Origin: Massalongia carnosa
Taxonomy: Eukaryota
Assembly (NCBI GenBank): GCA_965645245.1
Contig: OZ287086.1
Coordinates: 744,001-808,000, forward strand
Length of the DNA: 64,000 nt
Direction: 5' to 3'
In this document: positions 53,138 to 64,000 of the stretch, in pieces
How positions within the stretch are numbered: the first letter of the stretch is position 1
Layout: each line of letters starts with the position of its first letter
The notes under the pieces: generated by a model
What the model saw: only the letters and a program-made list of their open reading frames with translations
Told to the model about the DNA's origin: nothing
The model's database searches: none
Position numbers and translations under genes: made by a program

Positions 53138-56100
53138 GATTTAATAAATAAATCGATATGCCTTTTCAATATCCCTTTTATCACCACCAAATAATTTATT
53201 CTGATGTTCCCCGGACGTACTAATCAGAATAGAAATTTACACCAATTTACAGGTCTAACGACTCTTGCTTTCCTATCCCTATTTATATGACAATAACTCG
53301 TCAAATAAATCCTAATCGGGTTAAAATAAACCGTTCCTCGCTTAGGCAGTAAATCTTATTTAACCCTTTACCAGACACTACAATAGTTGAAAATAATGAA
53401 AGTTTTTTTTTGCTTTTTTGCGATAAAAATAGATCTAAGGCAAGGTAAGATAATAAGAGACTTCCTATTCTGATTAATCTGAAATAGGATCTTTGGTATA
53501 ATCCTATTCCAGACGTTTTTCCCCTTCTTTTCAGTGATCTGTTGACCGGCCGTTCAATGGAGATCGATAAAGCCTAAAATCGTATATGCAGAAATTATAC
53601 GTGAAATATACTGTGAATATTTGAGCTTGCGGAAGTTCCCGTAACCTTAAATGAGAAATGAACTTCAAAAAAGTTGGTCGTCGCGACAGTTGTTGTACAG
53701 TACCGCGACAGTAGATATTTTTTGTAGATAATTCTTGTAGTAATAATTGAGGGTAATGCGACAACAGAACAGAAGAAAGTGAGAAAAAAGAGCGATTTTT
53801 GGTGATATTGTTGGTATTTGTTGTTTTTTATAACTTCTTGAGCGCGCTTTATCACGTCTGTCGCGTGCGACCAGCAGAAAATCTCTGCTGGAGCTTTGCT
53901 AGAGCTCTCCTACACTCAATCTGAGTCCGTTTTTGCTCTTGAGGAGCTCAAATGACTGAGAAAGAGATGTTCAATTGATTGTGAAAGTTTTAGAGTATCA
54001 AAAGTTGCGGTACTTGTGTTTCGATAGGTGGTCTTTGGTGTGCTGTTCCGTCGTTGATTCTCTCGAATGTTCGTCAAATGTGCGTCTATTATTTCGTTTG
54101 ATTGGTGGGCTTGATCCAATCATTTAGATCAACTACAGGCCCATAACAGACAACGCCTGTGTCGAAATGCTCTAAAGAGTTTCATCACAAATGCATGCAA
54201 CAAAATAGCCAATAATCTTCGATGTCGGGCAGGACGCAAGAGGGCCCCAGTCATCACTCCAGGAACGCTGAAATACGTCTGGGCCAAGAGAATCAATCGG
54301 AGGCACATAACCCTCCAACACCGACACCAAATCCACCATGGGCCGAATCCCCCCCGAATCTCGCCAGAGAAATAGGGGAGGCAAGCGCCGCTCATAACAA
54401 AATAACTGCTCAAATAAAAAAACTACACATATTTGCATGGCAAGCCTCGTGGAGATAATATCAGGAACATACACCCCTTCCCACCCCGGCACAATCAGGT
54501 TCACTCTCCAACAAACACATCAAATTGCACGAAACTCTAGCAAAAGCGGAGAGCGCGCTAGCAATTCAGATACGCTCAGACAAGATAGGCCTAGCCGCCT
54601 TCCTATATAGACACCGAGTCCCAGACGTCTCGTCCCCGAACTACTTATGTTGCTGGCACAAACAGATTGCAAAACATGTGATCATGTTTTGCAAACTTAA
54701 CGACAACAGATAAACTCTGCTTAATACGATAGGCTCAAACAGCTATCGATTAATCACTGAGTCTTCTAAAGCAAAGAAATTAGTCACAAAGTGGCTAATG
54801 AAGACAGGTTTGTTGTCACAATTTGCACTGACAGCACAGCATCTATACTGCTAAAAGTAGGCATGCTTTGTTTCATTTTTCATACTTGTCTTAGGTCAAA
54901 GGTATTTTCATGGAGCACACGGCTGGGACCCGGAGGGTCCTCGGCAATACACAGGATTGCATTGTTTTTCTTCCTCAAAAGGTTTTCCATTTACTATAAA
55001 ACTAGATAGACTCGCCCGCATGGGCCGGCCTTCGGCCGGTACCACATCGGAATAGTAATTATCATTATCATCATCATAATTTGTCAAGTTCTGAATTTCG
55101 TTTATCGCGTTTATATTATCAGAAAAAATCCAAAGCGTGTTTTCTAAGTTCGATAAAATATTAGTAGTGCAAATTTTATAGACCCATTTCATTGCTTGTA
55201 AAATCGCATGCAGTTCAGTATTTTTAATGCTTGACTGTTTGCTTAATTTCCAGCTTTTCGAAATTGTATGATAATGTTCAGACAATCTTTTTCGATAAAT
55301 CGATCATAATTATTGATAAAATTACTCTAATTTCGCATATTTGTAGCAAATTTGACTGCAGACGTTGCAAATTCGATTTTCATCCATCCGTATAAATAAA
55401 ACTCGGGATTAATCGGAGTTTATTGATTGAATTTTGGATAATGTCGAATAATAACTTGATTTTGCAGATTCTTTTTTATTTTCGATTTGAAATTCGATTT
55501 GGCAAGACGATTTCCAAGGTTTAATAAAATGATATGATTTTTCAAATTCATCAGTTTTGTGAACTATGTCGAAAAAGGAATAAAGAACGCGAATGAGCTG
55601 ACTAGGATGTCGTTTATTTGTTTGTTTTTCGTCATCGTTCCATTCGGCATATTTGTTATTCCATAAACTAGTGTCAAACCCGATTTTTTCGAATTTTACT
55701 GACTATGTGTTTGGAATTCTTTTACAAATGGGGTTATTTTCGGCAATCATCAATTATTGAATTACGTATTTTTGATTTTTCATTAGTAATCGATGTTTGA
55801 CTTTTAAAACATGTGATTCAGTTTCCATCGGCTGAATAGGTGTGGTTTTGAAAGTCCTCTAAAATCTTTCGAATCATTCGATTTTGTAGGTACTGAAATA
55901 GTTCTTCATATTTCTTGACCGTTATACCAAATTTCTGAGCCGTAGTTCGAAATAGGAATAATGCATGACAAATAGAGCTGTCTGCATGCGGTTGGTTTCA
56001 GAACCCATTCGGATTTCATCAAATTCTTTATTACAAAAAACGATCGCTTCGTAGAAGAGATTCGCGTTTCGACATGTTTTTTGAAATTGAGTTTTCGGTC

Positions 56101-57770
56101 TAGCCAGAGGCACAGCTATTTTACTACATATTTTGTTCTAGTATTCTCCCGTTTGATAATTCCAATTTGTCTTTCGATGCATTTCTTGTCTTTACTAAGT
56201 GAATCGGCTCGAATTTATCGTAATCAAATTTGACATTATTCGATGCTACCTAATCAAAGGCTGTTTTGACTATTATTTCGATTTCTTTGCAATTCTGTTT
56301 TGCAATTTTATTTAAAATCGTCTATAAACTAGGAGAATCTGCTTTGAATTTCATTCGTATTTTCGGAAACAAGTGACGAATGTAAATCGGAAATATAATA
56401 GGCGAGATTGGTGAACCTTGTGGAATTCCTGATTCAACATAATATGTTTTCTTTTGTTTTCATCGAATACCAAATAGATCGATCGTTTTCTCATGAAATG
56501 CTTAACCCATTGAATTATTATGCGAGATAATTTCAGCTCTTTCATGAAATTTAGCAGTTGATTAATTGAGATAAAGTTAAATACGCATTTGACATCGAGT
56601 AATAAACATGATAAAACGTTTTTATTTCGATTTGCAATTTCGATATCATAAACAACGCTCATAACTGCGTCAATTGCAGAATGATTTTCTCATCCGCACA
56701 TCTGTTCGATATCTATCTAGTAAATCCGAATTTTCACCGAAGTAGGCTAGTCGATTTGCAACGATTTTCTCAGCAATTTTACCAAATCAATTTAGTAATA
56801 TGATAATTCGATATGATTTTGGAAGCGAATAGTCTGATTTATAAGGTTTTTTTTAGAACTGAACCGAGTCCTGTCAGCCAGCATAACGGGTGATAACCGA
56901 TTCGAATGAATTTCGAATAAATCATCAAAAACACGTTTTTCAACGATTGAAACGATATTTAAACAATTGTAAAATTTATTGCATCAGGTTCACATGCTTT
57001 TTTCGGATTAAATAAATTAATTGAATTTTTCAACTCGTTTTCGTTCAAATTTGGCCAATTATCGTCATTTTCGCTTTCTTGATTTGATAAATCTTCGACA
57101 TTATCATCTATAATTGGGTTTATTGTTTATATTGCTGACACAAATTCTTCCCATTTTCTATCAAACTGAAAATTTAGCTTATTTTTATATAGAATCGACG
57201 GTATTTTTTCGAATATGCGCGGTTTATTTAGTGTATTTATACGCGGTTAATACATCATTGTTTACTGAATTTCTAGTAAAGTCAATCAGGTTTGTTGTTT
57301 TGCTTTTCGAATTAAATGAAAATACTCGATTCGACTATATTTAAACGTCCGATTACTAAAATCGGACGGATAATTCTCCGTTCTCGACGATTTCTGCACA
57401 TGGTTTTTCTAATTCCGGTTAAATCTTGCGACCACTAATTTTTCGATTTTGCACATATTTTTGTCTTCGGAATAAACATTTCAGCCGCGTTTTTGATAAT
57501 GTTGCAAATATATCGGTGATTCCTCGAATTGATAATTATTCAATAAACTTTGAACTTATAATTCGTAGATGATAGAATTTTTGTCTAGAAACTTCGAGAA
57601 CTTATCCCAATCGGCTTTATTGCAATTGTTTTTATTCTATAATGCGGTTGCATGTGACGTCAAATTTCTAAAAGATGTGATTAGTTCCAATCGGATGACT
57701 TCATGGTCTGAACCTGTGACTGCGTTTTCATCGATTGACCTATTTGTAATTGCATTTTCTATTATAGAAT

Positions 57771-60655
57771 ATAGCTCCCAAAAGCCAACACCCAAAACAT
57801 CGGTACCCTATATTTTGATATACTGAAACGTTCCCAACTTATTCTCCTTAGTCTTCTTATCATTTGAGCCTACCAGAAGCACAACCCATCAGAATTGGAT
57901 ACAAGAGAGCTCATCCACGGCCCCTGCAGAGTTTTCCTCGCGGTCTGTCCGCCCCTTCATCAAAAAGCGCGTCCAAAAAATCTACAAAAAACAAAAACAC
58001 CAACAACAACGTCAAAAATCGATCTATTTTCGATATTTCTTCGGTTTAATTGTCGCATAGATCTCATCTATTATCACAAAAATTATGTACAAAATATTAT
58101 CACTGTCGCGTAACTGTATAACCTGTTCTCGAGACAACAAATCTTCTTGGTATTTATTTGAAATTTAAGGTTACGGGTATCGTATACACTATTCATTTTG
58201 GGTTTTTTTGATTTACGTTGAACTGCCGAACCACAATCTGCTGAAACGAAGGAGAAAAACATCTGAAAATAGGGTTAAACCAAAGGCCCCGTTTCAGGCT
58301 AACCAGAATAGGAAATCTCCTACTCTGTCATTGTACTTGATTTTTATTTCTGGATTATAAACATTTTTTAAAAAAAAAATTTCTGTTCGATCGTATAATT
58401 TCAGAATAAACTATTTGGTGGCGATAAAGGGGATATAGCAAAGGCAACATCGATTTATTTATAAAATCATATTTAACAAGGTAATGAACCGCCGGAATAT
58501 ACCAAGGACACCACCTCTAGCCGGTCCCGCCCCCCTATCGATCCCCTACCCGGTCCCCCCCCCGACACTCTCGCGGACCATCTCCGGTGGCGTTGATAGG
58601 GAGCTCTCCCCGTCTTGAACCTATAGATCAAACTCGCGAATATGTATCAGCCCCGTCAACACCGACACCAAAGGCAACGAAATTCCCATCGGGTCTATTT
58701 ATCACTATCTTGCCGATAGCTTCATTAAATTTAAACATTGGATCAAGCCTACCAATCAAACGAAATAAAAGACGAACATTTGACGGAACATTCGAGAGAT
58801 AGCCAAGAAGCGATCAATGGGGCAAATTCAATTGAGATTCTGAAGTAGGCCAAAAAGCACTATTGCAATCATTTATATACTCGACCAAAATCCACAAACG
58901 GCTATCCTAATTGACAACGTTTATTCGTTGATTTTCGAAAAAATCAATTAATTTACAAACATCCTTAGATATGATTAACTACAAAATAAGCATAGTAATT
59001 GATCAAACTAGTCATCTTTTCTCAAAAACGTCACAACAACAAACGACTCCACAACAGAATGGTCCAAAAATCCAAAAACCTGTTGTTAAATTGAATGAAA
59101 ATTCAATTATCGAAAATCAGACAATTCGCAAAGGAGCCACCGGAGTCTCTGGTAACAATGTTAGCACAACCAGTACATGATGTCAAATACTTGGAAAAGC
59201 AACCGAAAACTCCGAAAATTGAACTACTATTCAAAGGAAAAGTTCGAATTATAATTCGAGCAAAGTCGATCGATTTGATGCAATCAAGGCCAGACGACTC
59301 GTGATTTCACCGAAAAACCCCGACGCTCAAATCGACTCTATGAAGTTGCGTGATCAAATTAACGCACTATTAAAAAACGCAAATTTAAATATCATCGTCA
59401 ATACTGTTGAAAAGTCCAAAACCGGTCAGAATATCGTTCTCACCACTAGCCCTGAGAACAATGCCGAAGAATTGTTGAAAAATAAATCTTCATGGGAATA
59501 CATTTTCGAATCACAAAGAATTCGAAAAGACGAATCCTGGTTTAAAGTCAAAGCACACGGAGTAACTATCTCGTTATTAGATAATAAAATTCAATATTTG
59601 CAAACCGAAATCGAAAAATATAATTCGAATATGCAACTATGCGATTTACCAAGATGGCTTGCTCGGGATCGTCAAAACAAATTCACGTCGTCGGTAGTTT
59701 TGACTTCAACTTTTAGTCAAATATAAACCTATATCAACTGATCAATTTGTCATATGTGGAGATTTCAATGCATATCATAGCTGGTGGAATTCGAAGATTA
59801 AAAAATGCAATTCGATCAGAAAATCTAGTCAAATGGTTAAGATTAAACAAATGTAGTTTGATAAATACGCCTGGTCTATATACATTTTTTGCTCATTCAG
59901 GAAAGTCTTCATCTATTATTGATTTAACATTTGCAAATTCTAAAATCGAAAACGCAATTATAAATTAGTCAATCGATGAAAACGCAGTCACGGGTTCAGA
60001 TCATGAAGTTATTCGATTTGAACTTATCGCGTCTTTCAAGAACTTGACGTCACACGCAACAGCATTATCTAATAAATACAACTGCAATAAAGCCGATTGG
60101 GATAAATTCTCGAAGTTTCTAGACGAAAATGCAATAAACTACGAGTCCCAAATACAAAGTCTATTGAACAATTATCAATTTGACGAATCAGCGTTATATT
60201 TGCAAAACGTTATCAAAAACGCGGATGAAATGTTTATTCCGAAGACAAAAATATGCGAAAAGTCGAAAAATTGGTGGTCGCAAGATTTAACCGGACTTCG
60301 AAAAATCATGTGGAGACATCGTCGAGAATGGAAGAATAATCCGTCCTATTTTAGTCATCAAACATTTAGACATAGTCGAATCGAGTACTTTCATGCAATC
60401 CGAAAAGCGAAACAGCAAACTTGGTTGGCTTTCCTCGAAAACGCAGCGAATTAAGACGTATTTACAGCTTATAAATACACTAAACCGCGCATGTTCGAAA
60501 AAATACCACCTATTCAATATGAAAACAAGTTAAATGTTCAATTCGATCACAAATGCGATACGTTTGTGTCAGCAATGTATACAAAAAACCCGTTCACGGA
60601 CGATAATATTGAAGATCTAACGAATCAAGACAGCGAAAATGACAACAATTGGCCG
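57771..60655 (+). mobile_element. LINE family B copy B9 (divergent 5'UTR, ORF1, jump at ~59707 into endonuclease), B2-type subfamily
   Basis: ORF1 fragments 58587-59706. 59710-60655 is very close to the reverse complement of B2 23885-24830 (shared LTGLRKIMWRH, NNPSYFSHQTF). Confidence 0.85.
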
Positions 60656-63600
60656 TTTTTTTTTTTTATTTATTCATTAAGTGTATTCAACCTAAGGTTA
60701 TGACACTAAACTATTTTAGGATATGTTTCTATATTACAAATAAATCAACCCTTTATAACCCATCTATGTATTGTCATTTTTTCGCCATTTTTACTCCGTG
60801 TTAGTAACAACCTATAGTAATCGAAGAATATCGATTTTAAAATTTGTCTTTGTAAGTTCGTGAATGTTTCAGCATAAATCGTTTCTGATTTTACTGTTCG
60901 ATCTCTCCCCAACCTCCAGTTTCGAAAATCTCGTCATCAAGCTGACCTAGTATCCATTTTCTTGTCGCGATTTTGTTATTGACAATGAATTTAATCAAAA
61001 TGTCATTTCCGATTTTTGTATTAAACAACATATTCAAGTTGATGGTAGTATCGATATTTTGTTTCATGTTTTGAATTTCATCGAAATAGTGAATGCAATT
61101 CAATAACAAGTGTTCTGGCGTTTGTCGTTGATTGCATCGATTTGAGCATTTTGACGAATTATAATCTTTCAATCGATGTAAATAAGATCGAAAATAGCCG
61201 TGTCCGAATTTTAATTGCATAATAGTAGCAAATATCAATTTGGAACAGTTGTTTGATAAATAATAAAATCTCGATATGCCAGGTTTCATTTCGAATTTCT
61301 CGTAGTATTTGCCTTTTGATTTGCATTGTTGCCATTGATTCGTCCATGTGGTTAGCATATTTTGATTTATTTGATCTTTTACATAATCAAATGTTATCGC
61401 CGAGGACTCGACTAGGATTTGATTATGGCCCGTCTTTGCTATTTTGTCTGCAATTTCGTTTTCGGTAATATTTGAATGACTCGGAACCCATTGCAAAATC
61501 ACCTGAAAATTGCTTTCAAATAAGATTTTTGCGAGCTTTCGAATTTATCTGGCGAAAATATGATTTGTCAAGTTCTGAATTTCGTTTATCGCGTTTATAC
61601 TATCAGAAAAAATCCAAATCGTTTTTACTAAGTTCGATAAAATATTAGTATTCGACAATTTATAGACCCATTTCATTGCTTGTAAAATCGCATGCAGTTC
61701 AGCATTTTTAATGCTTGACTTTTTGCTTAATTTCCAGCTTTTCGAAATCGTATGATACTTGATCAGACAATCTTTTTCGATAAATCGATTAAAATTATTG
61801 ATAATATTACTCCAGTTCCTTATAACTGGCGCAAATGTGACTGCAGACGTTGCAAATTCGATTTTCGATCCATCTGTATAAAGTAAAACTCGGGATTTAT
61901 CGGAGTTCATTGATTTAATTTTGGATAAAGTCGAATAATAACTTGATTTAGCAGATTCCTTTGTATTTTCGATTTGAAAGTTGATTTTGCAAGGCGATTT
62001 CCAAGGTTTAATAAAATGATTTGATTGTTTAAATTCATCAGTTTTGTGAACTATATCGGAAACGGAATGAAGAACGCGAATAAGCTGACTAGGATGTCGT
62101 TTATTTGTTTGTTTTTCGTCTTCGTTCCATTCGGCATATTTGTTGTTCCATAAACTTGTGTCAAAACCGATATTTTCGAATTTTATCGAATATGTGTTTG
62201 GAATTCTTTGACAAATAGGGTTATTTTCGGCAATCTTCAATAATCGAATTGCGTATTTATGATTTTTCATTAATAATCGAAGTTTAACTGGTAAAACATG
62301 TGATTCAATTTCCATCGCCTGAATAGGTATGGTTTTGAAAGTTCCTAAAATCTTTCGAATCATTTGATTTTGTAGGTTCTGAAATAGTTTTTCATATTTC
62401 TTTTGACCATTATACCAAATTTCTGAGCCGTAGTCCGAAATAGGAATAATGCATGACATATAGAGCTATCTGCATGCGGTCGGTTTCAGACCCCATTCGG
62501 ATTTCATCAAATTCTGAATTGCAAAAAACGATCGATTCGCAGAAGAGATCCGCGTTTCGACGTGTTTTTTGAAATTTAGTTTTCGGTCTAACCAGACGCC
62601 CAACCATTTGACTACATTTTTCGGTTCTAGTACTGTCCCGTTTGGTAATTCCAATGTGTCTTTCGATACATTTCTTGTCTTTTCGAAGTGAATCAGCTCG
62701 GATTTATCGTCATCAAATTTGACATTATTCGATGCGGCCCAATCAAAGGCCGTTTTGACTATGATTTCGATTTCTTTGCAATTCTGTTTTGCAGTTTTAT
62801 TTTCGACATATATTGCAACATCGTCAATAAAACTGGGAGAATGTGCATTGAATTTCATTCGTATTTTCGGAAACAAGTGACGAATGTAAATCAGAAATAG
62901 AATAGGCGAGATTGGTGAGCCTTGTGGAATTCCTGATTCGACATAATATGTTTTTCTTAAATTTTCATCAAATATCAAATTGATCGATCGCTTTGTCATG
63001 AAATCCTTGACCCATTGAATTATTATGCGAGATAATTTCAGCTTTTTCATAACATTTAGCAGTTGATTAATCGAGACAAAGTCAAATGCGCCTTTGACAT
63101 CGAGTAATAAACATGATAAGACGTTTTTATTTCTATTTGCAATTTCAATATCATGAACAACGTTCATTACTGCGTCAATTGCAGAATGATTTTTGCGTCC
63201 GCCCATCTGTTCGATATCGAGTAAATTCGAATTTTCGCCGAAGTAGGCTAGTCAATTTGCAACGATTTTCTCAGCAATTTTACCAAGACAATTTAATAAT
63301 GTGATAATTCGATATGATTTTGGAAACGAATAGTCCGATTTATTAGGTTTTTTCAGAACTGCACCGAGTCCTGTCCGCCAGCATAACGGGTGATAACCGA
63401 TTCGAATGAATTTCGAATAAATCATGAAAAACACGTTTTTCAACGATTGAAACGATTTTTGAACAATTGTAAAATTGATTGCATCAGGTCCACATGCTTT
63501 CTTCGGATTAAATAAACTAATCGCATTTTTCAACTCGTTTTCGGTCAAATCTGGCCAATTATCATCATTTACGCTGTCTTGATTTGATAAATCTTCCTCA

Positions 63601-64000
63601 TTATCGTCAATAAATGGGTTTTTTGTATACATTGCTGACACAAATGCATCGCATTTGTCATCAAACTGAACATTTAGCTTGTTTTCATGTAGAATCGGCG
63701 GTATTTTTTCGAATATTCGCGGTTTAGTGTATTTATACGCGGTAAATACATCTTTATTTGCTGCATTTTCAAGAAAAGTCAACCATGTTTTTTGTTTTGC
63801 TTTTCGAATTGCATGAAAATACTCGATTCGACTATGTTTAAACGTCCGATGACTAAAATCGGACGGATAATTCTTCCATTCTCGACGATGTCTGCACATG
63901 GTTTTTCGAAGTTCCGTTAAATCATGCGACCACCAATTTTTCGATTTTGCACAAATTTTCGTTTTCGGAATAAACATTTCAGCCGCGTTTTTGATAACGT
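60656..64000 (-). mobile_element. LINE family B copy B10, runs off the window
   Basis: T-rich tail at 60656. RNase H and RT ORF pieces are very similar to B8. Confidence 0.93.

Larger units (their letters stand above)
45463..54120 (-). mobile_element. LINE family B copy B7, full length, interrupted by B8
   Basis: 14-bp TSD CATTTAGATCAACT (45449-45462, 54121-54134). ~0.9-kb 5'UTR, ORF1 53137-49710, ORF2 49710-45697. Confidence 0.95.
45394..55078 (+). mobile_element. LINE family A-related copy A2, 5'-truncated (~1 kb), interrupted by B7
   Basis: 11-bp TSD ATTTGTCAAGT (45383-45393, 55079-55089). AVLEAETFIASIDIHLDQLQA and AESALAIQIRSDKIGLAAFLY match A1 ORF2. (CAT)n tail. Confidence 0.88.
44486..57770 (-). 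mobile_element. LINE family B copy B6 (probable 3' half of B1), interrupted by A2/B7/B8
   Basis: Tail at 44486. Sequence stops at 45393 and resumes at 55090. Degraded ORF2 runs up to the endonuclease at 57770. Confidence 0.88.

Overview
A eukaryotic, almost certainly fungal, gene-free window made of nested transposable elements. Its composition (Tad1-clade LINE nest, chromoviral Gypsy, no RIP signature) resembles a powdery-mildew-type genome, though the species is inference. From 1 to ~15.7 kb it holds a possible solo LTR, a degraded Tc1-like DD34E transposon and a PIF/Harbinger transposase relic. The Harbinger intron is interrupted by a ~10 kb LINE (family A, 14-bp TSD), which itself carries an unusual 2.76-kb TG..CA element with ~340-bp inverted termini and a 4-bp TSD. 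A MITE follows. From ~15.7 to 64 kb there are about ten copies or fragments of an AT-rich, RNase H-encoding LINE (family B), a second family-A fragment and a nearly intact self-priming chromovirus. TSDs allow the nesting order to be reconstructed. Every resolvable LINE-in-LINE insertion is antisense to its host. A split, inverted TSD indicates a >32-kb inversion between two inverted LINE copies. No host genes, tRNA or rRNA genes were found.
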